NCBI GenBank assembly: GCA_950097015.1
Contig: CATNEN010000039.1
Span: 2,170,001-2,234,000, forward strand
Source: Macrostomum hystrix
Lineage: Eukaryota; Animalia; Platyhelminthes
DNA length: 64,000 nt
Direction: 5' to 3'
Positions 1 through 9,700 of this stretch are shown here, in pieces. Below the pieces are notes generated by a model. It was not told the DNA's origin. It saw nothing but the letters and a program-made list of their open reading frames with translations, and made no database searches. The stretch's first letter is position 1; every line of letters starts with the position of its first letter. A program made the translations under genes and the position numbers.

Positions 1-3000
1 AGACGTATGCACGTGTTGCATGTTTTAAGGACAGACTTGACTTTCTGTCGTCCCTTCAGGAGCCAGAATTTCTCTCGAATTTGGAGTAACGTTGCTGCCA
101 CACCACCATGACCAACCTTGTGGTGCGCCTCCCAGATCAGCAGCCGTTGGAAATCGACATCTGTCGGACAAAGAACCGGCGATTTTTGGTGGGTCGAGAG
201 CTTGGTTTCACCGAGTCGACCTGCACTGCGGAGGATTCCCTCTGGATCTATAAATAGCCTCAGATTACAATTGAGTGGCGTGCGGGCGGTGCCCTCTTTG
301 AGACATCGTATGTCCGAACTAAAATCTCTTGCCTGCAGCGACTTGATCCAGCAGTCCTCCGCCCGCAACAACTCCGTAGTCGTCAACTCGCCGCTGCGCC
401 CTCGCCTCTTTTGTCCGACCGTCTTGATAAAGCGGGACACCCAAGCAGTGACGCGCAACAGTTTCGCTAGGGTGCTGAACCGCTGCAGCTCAATGATGGA
501 GTGGACCCTCTGCAGCCGAACATCGGGTGTCCCCGCCTGAGCCATCGAGCAGCTGGGCTCATCCCCTCGAGACATGGAAGGCCGATCGCACATCACAGGC
601 TGTTCTGGCCAGTGCAGGTCAGGTTCAGACAGCCACGTTGGACCTCGAAACCATGAGGACGTTGCTGTGAAAGTCCTAGGGACTACCGGTCGCGTAGCAA
701 TGTCCGCTGGATTGTCCTTTCCTGGACAGAACCGCCATGATTCCGGGGCGACTGTCGAACGAATTTTGATTGTACGATTTTGGATGAACGGCTTCCACAG
801 CTTGTGCTTCGATTTGAGCCACCACAGGACGTCCATGCTGTCGCTCCAACAGACGATCGGGCAGTCCGGATATTCTGCGCGAATCTCACTGACTGCTTGC
901 GCAAGCTCATGAGCAGCCATCAACTCCAGGCGTGGAATGGTGGTCGGAGACATCGGGGCTACACGCACCTTCCCCATTAACAAAGAAACTTGCACCGCAC
1001 CCGACTCGAATGTGGAACGTAGGAACAAGCACGCCGCATATGCTGACTGTGACGCGTCGCAGAACCCATGGATCTCGGTGGCAATCGGCTTGCCATTGAC
1101 TACTCGCCTATCGATTTCAGTTGACCAACCTTTCAAATCCTTTAAACATTCGATCCACTGCCCTTGTAAGGGTTCCGGTAGCACCGCGTCCCAGGAAATT
1201 TTTAGCTTGCAACTTTGCTGAAAGAGCAACTTCGGTCGCGTCAGCAATGGACAAAGCAGACCCAGAGGGTCGAAGGTTTTGGAGAATGCCGACAACGTGG
1301 CCCGCTTAGTCAAATTTTCTATTGCAAGATTGGCTGCCGGGTGGTCGCTAATCGCTAGGATGAAGACATCCTTCTGCGGAGCCCACTGCATACCTAAGAC
1401 TTTAATCGACGACTCGTCAGGCGGCGTCACCCCACAACCTTCTTCACGAGCTGCAGTGTTCAGAACAGAGCAATTCGAGAGCCAGCCGCGGATGTTCATG
1501 GACATCTCCAGGAATACGCTTCGAGTGGTCCTGTACAGCTCCATGGCTTCGATCACCGAGTCGGCTCCGGACACGAGGTTGTCGACGTAGGTGTCTCGTG
1601 AAAGCTTCCGGCGTGTGTCCGGCGAGGCTTTGGTTGTGACCCGGAAATGATGAAGTAGCGTTTCTTGGAGAATCGCCGGACTCGAAATCAAGCCGAACAC
1701 TAGGCGTACGTATCGAAATACTTGAATGTCTGAGTTTTTATCTTCCTTGTTCGTCACCCACAAGAATCTGAGAGCATCTCTGTCTTCCTCTCGAATCACG
1801 ATTTGCAGAAAGGCCTTCTCGACATCCGCAATAATCGCTATAGGGTGATTCCTAAAGCGCAGCAGCAGCGACGAAACGGAAGGTAGACGGCATGGACCTG
1901 GCTCAAGAGCCTCGTTCAGAGAATAGCCAGCAGCTGTCCTTGCACTCGCATCAAAAACGATTCTGAGCCGCGTTGTTGAGCTTTCTTCCTTCACCACCGG
2001 CAGGTGTGGGATATAATGAGTAAGTGAACTTGACTCCTTGACAGGTACCGGTTCGATAACGCCCATGGCCAGTTGCTCTTTGAAGATGGTATCATACGCA
2101 GTTAGTTGGTTCGACTGACGCAGCTTTGTCAGAGTCGAATTCAGTCGTTTGTACGCCACGTTGAAATTGTCTGGCAGTGCTTCCTTCATGCTGTGCTTGA
2201 AAGGTAGTCCGACTGAGTAGCGACTCTGGTGAAACTCGAGGTGCGGAGGGAAGCTGACCTGGCCATTGACTCCTTCAGCATGCTCCCTACGCGAATTCTC
2301 GGCAGCTTGGTCGCGCAGGGCATCAGCTATCGACTCGCCGGCACAGTGAAGCGTGCAGCATGTTTCAGCACTCTCCGATGACTCGACGGTCGTCAGTCGG
2401 CCGGTAACTAGGTACCCGAGTTTACTCTTGACTGCCACCGGACCTTTCCCACTCGCCGTCCGAACGACTTCGCCCTCCACCAGATCGTAAAACGAGTCTG
2501 CACCGACAAGGATAGAGATTGGCTCCGAGGCATCTCGGGGGTCGAATGGATCAGCAAGTTCGAGGCGCTGAATTTCCGGATGGGCATCAAGCCTCACAGA
2601 CGCTTGAGGCGAACAGATTTGCGGTGTCGTGTAAGCCTGTAGAGAACAGACGCGTTCGGAATCCCACCGACGGATTTGAAACTTTACGATTTGCGATTTG
2701 AACTCTTCGCTTTTTGCACCAAACGTGCAGACCTGAAGAACCTCGGTTTTTTCACTCTCGAATCCCAGTTGTTGACAGAGCTCCTGGCGAATGTAGGTCT
2801 TGTTACTAGCTGTGTCGAACAACACTCGAACTGGTACTTCCGTCTGTCTATCTGCACTTAGGAGGAGGCATTTTGCTGTCGGCATGACAACTGCTGGATT
2901 CGAATGTACAACCAGCGATTGACTGTTGAATTCAGCATTGGAGCTTCCCATATTTGAAGCGGCGACTGTCGAAGCACTAGGATCTGGCTTTGGTGCTTTT

Positions 3001-4361
3001 GGGATGACTGTCTGTTTCTTTGGCTCAGCACCACTGGTCCGTGCCGGATACAGGCCGTAGCAGATGCTTGGGTGGTGCATGTGGCCGCAATTGCGACACG
3101 CTCGCTTAGAACGGCACTCAGCTGCGGAATGGTGAAGTCGGAGACAGCAAAAGCAGCGTTTTTCCTGCACGAGAAGTCTCTGCCGGTCCTGAGCGGTGGT
3201 GTGAACCTGGCACGTTTCCGATGAATGGTTTCCTTTGCAAAAGGTGCACGTTAGCTGACCAGAGTCGTTTCGCTTCGCGAAGACCAAATTTTGCTTGTTT
3301 TTTGACGATGATCCGATAAGAAATGTTGATGAGGGAAACTCCGCCTCCTTGCGTTTTGATGACGCTCCGCCGAGAGTGCTGCGTGGTTCCCCATTTGGCT
3401 TGAAGCTGTCCGCTTGCTTGACGCTATTTAGGCAGCACCGTTCTCGCAACTTGATTTCACAATCTAAGGAATCCAAGAATCCCTCGAGGGTTAGCGACTT
3501 CTTTGAAGAGTGAGCGACCTGTTTGGTAATTGCCGATCGAAGAACGTCGGAACGAATAGCGGATGGTAGTTTTGCCTCCAGGTTTGGCAGCAGAAAAACT
3601 TCGTAGTTTGAATGTTCAACTCCTAGCGTCTCTAAGCCTCGCACACATGACCGAATGGTGTCGATGAAGGACCGGAGAGATTGAGTCGTGTCCGTTGGGC
3701 TTTTCACAGCCTCAAGTTTCTTCATGAAGTGCTGCACTAAATTGTCCTGACCACCGTATCGTTCGACCAGCATTTCCCATGCGTGATAGTAATCCTGTCC
3801 TGTCAATTGAAGGTTGTCCACGCAGCACCTAGCTTCACCGCGCAAGCAACTCAACAGGTAACTGAATTTCTCGACATTGGACAGACTGTTGTTCGTATGG
3901 ATGGCCGCGTCAAACTGTCCGCTAAACGCAGGCCACTGAGTTGCATCACTGCCGTCGAAAACTGGCAAGTTGAGCTTAGGTAGCTTAACGTTGCAACGAG
4001 TAGAGTTCGCATACAGGAAGCTGGAGGCCTGTTGACTCTTGGATGCTGCGAGCCCTTCTAATAGTCTTTGTAGTCCAGCAAGGGTCTTCTCAAGTTTCAA
4101 AATGTACTCACTGCTTCTCTCTATTTCTTCCTGGAGCTTATCACTTTCCGATCCGTCATCATTGACGAACAGCCGCGATATTTCTCGATCAGCCTGCGCT
4201 AACTCAGTCTTCTTATACTTCAGGACGCTTACCATGCTCCGAATCTCATCCTCCGAGCTTTTGGTTTCTTTCGCTGACATGACCACCTGCGCCTTGTCCA
4301 CCAACATCGATACAGACCGACGCATCACCGCTCGATCTTTCTTCAAATCTTCTAACGCCAT
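1..4361 (-). CDS. BEL/Pao LTR retrotransposon Gag-Pol polyprotein (runs off the window start)
   Basis: ATG at 4361. Segments I translated all fall in one frame: DUF1759-type Gag (VKLPKLNLPVFDG..W..F..QF..AIH), Cys/His knuckles (CTFCKGNH, CFCCLRLHH, CRNCGHMHH), protease (VRVLFDTAS..ILVGAD), RT (RIVFDAS, ADVEKAFLQ, FGLISSP, YVDN), RNase H (HGFCDAS..AY, TIPRLEL) and integrase HHCC (H..GH..CNTC) at the window edge. Probably missing from the ORF track because its stop lies outside the window. Confidence 0.95.
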   Translation of the reverse strand, partial: MALEDLKKDRAVMRRSVSMLVDKAQVVMSAKETKSSEDEIRSMVSVLKYKKTELAQADREISRLFVNDDGSESDKLQEEIERSSEYILKLEKTLAGLQRLLEGLAASKSQQASSFLYANSTRCNVKLPKLNLPVFDGSDATQWPAFSGQFDAAIHTNNSLSNVEKFSYLLSCLRGEARCCVDNLQLTGQDYYHAWEMLVERYGGQDNLVQHFMKKLEAVKSPTDTTQSLRSFIDTIRSCVRGLETLGVEHSNYEVFLLPNLEAKLPSAIRSDVLRSAITKQVAHSSKKSLTLEGFLDSLDCEIKLRERCCLNSVKQADSFKPNGEPRSTLGGASSKRKEAEFPSSTFLIGSSSKNKQNLVFAKRNDSGQLTCTFCKGNHSSETCQVHTTAQDRQRLLVQEKRCFCCLRLHHSAAECRSKRACRNCGHMHHPSICYGLYPARTSGAEPKKQTVIPKAPKPDPSASTVAASNMGSSNAEFNSQSLVVHSNPAVVMPTAKCLLLSADRQTEVPVRVLFDTASNKTYIRQELCQQLGFESEKTEVLQVCTFGAKSEEFKSQIVKFQIRRWDSERVCSLQAYTTPQICSPQASVRLDAHPEIQRLELADPFDPRDASEPISILVGADSFYDLVEGEVVRTASGKGPVAVKSKLGYLVTGRLTTVESSESAETCCTLHCAGESIADALRDQAAENSRREHAEGVNGQVSFPPHLEFHQSRYSVGLPFKHSMKEALPDNFNVAYKRLNSTLTKLRQSNQLTAYDTIFKEQLAMGVIEPVPVKESSSLTHYIPHLPVVKEESSTTRLRIVFDASARTAAGYSLNEALEPGPCRLPSVSSLLLRFRNHPIAIIADVEKAFLQIVIREEDRDALRFLWVTNKEDKNSDIQVFRYVRLVFGLISSPAILQETLLHHFRVTTKASPDTRRKLSRDTYVDNLVSGADSVIEAMELYRTTRSVFLEMSMNIRGWLSNCSVLNTAAREEGCGVTPPDESSIKVLGMQWAPQKDVFILAISDHPAANLAIENLTKRATLSAFSKTFDPLGLLCPLLTRPKLLFQQSCKLKISWDAVLPEPLQGQWIECLKDLKGWSTEIDRRVVNGKPIATEIHGFCDASQSAYAACLFLRSTFESGAVQVSLLMGKVRVAPMSPTTIPRLELMAAHELAQAVSEIRAEYPDCPIVCWSDSMDVLWWLKSKHKLWKPFIQNRTIKIRSTVAPESWRFCPGKDNPADIATRPVVPRTFTATSSWFRGPTWLSEPDLHWPEQPVMCDRPSMSRGDEPSCSMAQAGTPDVRLQRVHSIIELQRFSTLAKLLRVTAWVSRFIKTVGQKRRGRSGELTTTELLRAEDCWIKSLQARDFSSDIRCLKEGTARTPLNCNLRLFIDPEGILRSAGRLGETKLSTHQKSPVLCPTDVDFQRLLIWEAHHKVGHGGVAATLLQIREKFWLLKGRQKVKSVLKTCNTCIR

Positions 4362-4642
4362 GACGACGAGTCAGCCCCACGACAAAAAAGGGTACGATGA
4401 AAGTGAGCAAAGTCGCAGCAAAAAATTAAACAGAACAATGAAAGGGCGACGAATATTGGGAAGCAGGCTTGATAGATGAGGGTTGCAGAATTCTAAGCTA
4501 CGAGCTAAATCAAAGAACTATGAACGTGCTAGCAAAAAAGTTCCGACCTGAGCACAGTATTTATATTGAAAATAAAGGCCGCTTCACCGCTTAGACTTCC
4601 GTGAAGCCAAATCTCGCGTGACTGTAGAGAACTTCCAGAGAC

Positions 4643-4820
4643 CGCCAGCGACGACCGATAGCACGACGAGGCAGCCAGCGGCGACCGAGAGCACGAAGAG
4701 ACAGCCGGCGACGACCGAGAGCACGAAGAGACAGCCAGCGACGACCGAGAGCACGACGAGACAGCTAGCGACGACCGAGAGCACGAAGAGGCAACCAGCG
4801 ACGACGGAGAGCACGATGAT
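4643..4820. repeat. 30-bp tandem repeat in the retrotransposon 5' UTR
   Basis: Unit GCGACGACCGAGAGCACGAAGAGACAGCCA, about 6 copies. Confidence 0.9.
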
Positions 4821-4960
4821 GCGAAGCGACTCACGAGGAGATTGTGACGGCGATACAATTGATGATTTATCTTGCTCTAGGACTAAGTAACTCGATTTTC
4901 AAGCTTCCTGTCTAGAGTTCACTTCTCTAGCGAAGTGAGAAAAAATGCTGAATAATCACG

Positions 4961-4972
4961 GTTCGGGCGCCA
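4961..4972 (-). promoter_or_regulatory. Primer-binding site (tRNA-Lys-like)
   Basis: Minus strand TGGCGCCCGAAC immediately after the LTR CA terminus. Confidence 0.8.
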
Positions 4973-5235
4973 TGTAATTGAATTGGCACGACTCAATTGA
5001 ATATTTTCTCTCTGATAAGGGTTTGTTGAGAGAAAGCAAGCGCGCGCTCTGGGCCGCTGGTTTGACGGTATTTATTTGGATAAAGCGAAGAGAAATGAAC
5101 GCGTGGGGGAGGGTGCCCAGGGCACGAGCAGATGTACATTGCATGACAGGGCGGAGTAGGGTGAAAGGTGAGTCGGCTTTCACTTAATGCACAATGGCCA
5201 TTTGGGCTGAATAAAAAATGTACTTTTCCGCCACA
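4973..5235 (-). mobile_element. 5' LTR (~263 bp)
   Basis: On the minus strand it begins TGTGGCG and ends TTACA directly before the PBS. The outer boundary is inferred from the TG terminus abutting the host minisatellite; the 3' LTR is not in the window. Confidence 0.7.
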
Positions 5236-5625
5236 CAGTGTCTCATCTCTTATGCGTCTCGTCTATCCAGTGTCTCATCTCTTATGCGTCTCGTCTATCC
5301 AGTGTCTCATCTTCCCCGTGTCTCATCTTCCCCGTGTCTCACCTCACGTGTCTCATCTCTCCCGTGTCTCATCTTCCCCGTGTCTCATCTCTCCCGTGTC
5401 TCATCTTCCCCGTGTCTCATCTTCCCCGTGTCTCATCTTCTCCGTGTCTCATCTTCCCCGTGTCTCATCTCTCCCGTGTCTCATCTTCCCCGTGTCTCAT
5501 CTCTCATGCGTCTCGTCTATCCAGTGTCTTATCTCTCCTGTGTCTCATCTCTCCCATGTCTCTCCTCTCCCAGTATGTCCACTCCACAGTTATCATCTCT
5601 CACAGTCTCATCTCATCATCTGATA
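5236..5625. repeat. 16-17-bp minisatellite
   Basis: Unit GTGTCTCATCTTCCCC and variants. Confidence 0.9.
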
Positions 5626-6279
5626 CTTCCCCTGTCCATCTCCTATATATCATCTCCCAGTATAGAGGTGTGCATTTGCAAAGGTGCAGACGGCAAACAA
5701 TTAATTGTGTCCCAGTTCATTATTACTCGTACGAGTAGAAGCTTCTCGCTTGACACGTATGCCTCTACATCAAGAGATAGAATATTCACATGTGTGATTA
5801 CTGATTGATTAAAAATCTCAGCAATAAGCAAGCTGTCCGAAAAAATGTTTGCTTGTTTATTCTCGTTACAAACTACGAAGCTAATATGCGTGTACTACTA
5901 CTACTACTACTACTACGATGAGACACGGTAGTAGGCTGTCGCGGGTAGTTTCATGAAAAAATGTGCCGAGTTAACAAATTATTGTGGCGTTGTGCCTGCT
6001 GAGAGTTGCAAATTCGGAGCCCTATAATTACAGCTCTTAGTAAGCGGGAGAACTGATATGTGTGCGCGGCATGTTAATCCGTGTGCAGCTGGCTCGGAAT
6101 ACACTTAATTAGTGTCGTTTTACCTACTTTGCCAAGCAGTCACGTGTAAAAAAAACTATTAGACATAATTCTGTGCAAGTATAGCATTATAGATGAGCAA
6201 AATGTATAAAAATCGAATGTAAGTAGGGGCAAAATAGAAATTTTCGTTAATAAGATTTCTGCAGATTCATACTGCCAGT

Positions 6280-6560
6280 ATTCGGGATTTCCTTAAAGAG
6301 GACTTTCGCTAATCGGGATTTCCGCAAAAATCAGTTAAAAGGAATTTCCGCTGATAGGGATTTCCACTAATCTGGGCTTGCGTAAACAGGGATTCCCACT
6401 AATCGGGGTTTGAGTAAACAGGGATTTCCGCTAGTCGGGGTTTCCGTAAAAATGGATTTCCGATAATTGAGATAGCAGCTGATTTGGGATTTCCGTAAAT
6501 TGGGATTTCCGCTAATCGGCGTTTCGTGACTTGGGATTTCTGTAAATATGGATTTTCTGA
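6280..6560. repeat. Degenerate GGGATTTCC-core tandem repeat
   Basis: Recurrent GGGATTTCCGCTAAT-like units. Confidence 0.7.
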
Positions 6561-6741
6561 AATCATTTTTTTGTCAACTCGCGTCAGAAATCACAGCATT
6601 TTCTCTTTTGTGACTTGAACAAGTTGCTGAAAACATTGTTGCAAAAGACAAAATACTCGTAGTAACACAACATGCGTGCATCTTGTCAAAACAAGTTTCA
6701 CATCTTGAGTTTGCAACTTAACAAACGACTGCTCAAAACGC

Positions 6742-9700
6742 TCAGAGGAATCTGTGCTCTCCGCTGCCGCCTTCCACAGCTGCCGGGCTGCCGGCCTCAA
6801 CAGCCACTGCCTCGGCAGCGGTCGCAACTGCCGCCACCTCCGGCGGCGGCAGCTCGTCCATTCGAAAGGCGCCATTCTCGTGCCCGTTGCCGCAGTTCAC
6901 GCTTAGGCGATTCGGCGACTTTTCACCACCGTTGACGACGCCGCCGCCGCCGCCCACGCTGCTGCAGTTGCTGTTGCGGCGCTGGCTGCGTCGGAACGAG
7001 GCCGGCTTTGGAGCCAGGTGGCTCACGACCATTGAGTCCTGTCCGGGATGGAGCTCAAGGGTCTTAGGCTGGGAAAGAACAGCGTAAACGTATCCCTCTA
7101 GAGATGAGCACTGGCATCTTACCGGTTTGAACCGCTCTGTGCCCCAGATTTTGGCCACAATGAGTTCAGCGATCAGGACAATAAAGCCGGCGCCAATGCC
7201 TACGCCCAGGAGAACGAACACACCGCTCAGTGTCTTCAGCTGGACGCCTGCGGAAATTTACTCTGAGTATGAGTACACTGCTCAGGTTAATACTAAGGTG
7301 TTCTAGATCGAACTGATTCTCCTCACCTGTTGTGACCTTGTCGCTGGGACACTGCAGCTTTTCCCGCTCCCACCAATAAACCTTGAGGGCCTCCAGCGAG
7401 CGATCGTTCTGCATGCTAAGGATTCTGCAGGGAAAAGTGGGTTAAATTTAGTCTAACCTCATCACAGACTACTGTCCATCCAGTAGGACCTATATCCCTG
7501 CTCACAGCACAGTGTCTATCCAGCATGACCCTTATCACTGCTCACAGCACAGTGTCTATCCAGCATGACCCTTATCACTGCTCACAGCACAGTGTCTATC
7601 CAGCATGACCCTTATCACTGCTCACAGCACAGTGTCTATCCAGCATGACCCTTATCACTGCTCACAGCACAGTGTCTATCCAGCATGACCCTTATCACTG
7701 CTCACAGTACAGTGTCCATGACCCTTATCACTGCTCACTCAGCACTCAGTCGCCACTCACGCCATATTAAAGAGGCTGGTTAGCGGTGAGTTCTTCTGCA
7801 GCGCTATGCCGTAGGGCCTGGAACTGAGGATCTGGCCGGTGCTGATGAGGTTGCAGTCCTTGCCCATGTAGTACTTGATGAGCGGAGTGTCCAGGAACAT
7901 GCCCCACTGGCCTGTGCGCACGAGGTCGATGGCCTCGGCTGTTGTGTTGAAGAAGCCCCAGGCGCTCATTCGTCGAAACATGTCGGTGTACTGCTCCTCG
8001 ATCGGGTACTCCCACACCGTGTAGAGCGAGCCACCGGCTGCAGTTAGCAGGGAAATAGTCTCTAGGATCTAGTATCTGTTGGAAAACTCTTTAACAGTAG
8101 AAAGTTTGCAGGGAAATAGTCTCTAGGATCTAGTATCTGGTGGAAAACTCTTTAACAGTAGAAAGTTTGCAGGGAAATAGTCTCTAGGATCCAGTATCTG
8201 GTGGAAAACTCTTTAACAGTAGAAAGTTTGCAGGGAAATAGTCTCTAGGATCCAGTATCTGGTGGAAAACTCTTTAACAGTAGAAAGTTTGCAGGGAAAT
8301 AGTCTCTAGGATCCAGTATCTGGTAGAAAACTCTGGCTTGACTCCATGCTTGTGCACCCCCTCCCCTGTCTGCCCCTTGTCTGTCTGTCTGTGTGTGTCT
8401 GTGTGTCTGTGTGTCTGTGTCTGTGTGTGTGTCTGTGTGTCTGTGTGTGTCTGTGTCTGTGTGTCTGTGTGTCTGTGTGTCTGTGTGTCTGTGTCTGTGT
8501 GTCTGTGTGTCTGTGTGTGAGTGTGTCTGTGTGTCTGTGTGTCTGTGTGTCTGTGTGTCTGTGTGTCTGTGTGTGTGTCTGTGTGTCTGTGTGTCTGTGT
8601 GTCTGTGTGTCTGTGTCTGTGTGTCTGTGTGTCTGTGTGTCTGTGTGTCTGTGTCTGTGTGTCTGTGTCTGTCTGTGTCTGTGTGTCTGTGTGTCTGTGT
8701 GTCTGTGTGTCTGTGTGTCTGTGTGTCTGTGTCTGTGTGTCTGTGTGTCTGTGTGTCTGTGTGTCTGTGTCTGTGTGTCTGTGTCTGTCTGTGTCTGTGT
8801 GTCTGTGTGTCTGTGTGTCTGTGTGTCTGTGTGTCTGTGTGTCTGTGTCTGTGTGTCTGTGTGTCTGTGTCTGTGTGTCTGTGTGTGTGTGTGTCTGTGT
8901 GTGTCTGTGTGTGTTTATATGCACTCGTAGAATTCATGCATTGTATAGAGAAAGTTTTCTCAGAGTTTTAGGAATCAAAGCCATCGTTCTGTTTCTCATT
9001 GTATGCCAAATTTCTAGTTTTCCAAGTTGCTTTTTTCTGCTCTAATGAGCCGCTCATTTTTAGTACCTAATAAAAAGGGTTTTTGCCTAGTTTTTCAGCT
9101 TCAGATTGAGTGTACATTTGTACGCATAAAAAGCCTCAACCGCGCAGCGTAAAACAGGCACCTGCAGTGTATGCGAAATCCAAATACACGGAACAATTTG
9201 TACAGGAGTGTACATTGCCGAGTACACGCCTGTATCCTGTTGCTCAAGTTAATGCCTTTTAAGTCGTGCGGTTGTGCAGTAATGCCTTTAAAATATCAGC
9301 TAGATCTAAACTACTCTAGCGCAGTGTAAATTTATTTCAACCGCTCCACAATGGCCTCGGCCACAGAGGCGGCTGACAACATTGAGTCTGAGAGGTCAGC
9401 TGACGCCACTGACAACATGGAGAGTGTGAGGTCAGCTGACGCCACTGACAACATGGAGTCTGAGAGGTCAGCTGACGCCACTGACAACATGGAGCCTGAG
9501 AGGTCAGCTGACGCCACTGACAACATGGAGAGTGTGAGGTCAGCTGACGCCACTGACAACATGGAGTCTGAGAGGTCAGCTGACGCCACTGACAACATGG
9601 AGTCTGAGAGGTCAGCTGACGCCACTGACAACATGGAGAGTGTGAGGTCAGCTGACGCCACTGACAACATGGAGAGTGCGAGGTCAGCTGACGCCACTGA

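Larger units (their letters stand above)
1..5235 (-). mobile_element. BEL/Pao LTR retrotransposon, 5' portion
   Basis: Gag-PR-RT-RH-IN order and YVDN motif; PBS and TG..CA-bounded LTR upstream of the ORF. Confidence 0.93.

Noticed and set aside
118-4479. Plus-strand ORFs in the first 4.5 kb
   Set aside because: Antisense shadows of the BEL/Pao polyprotein
8245-9045. Long HTDTQT/VCVS ORFs
   Set aside because: Translation of a microsatellite
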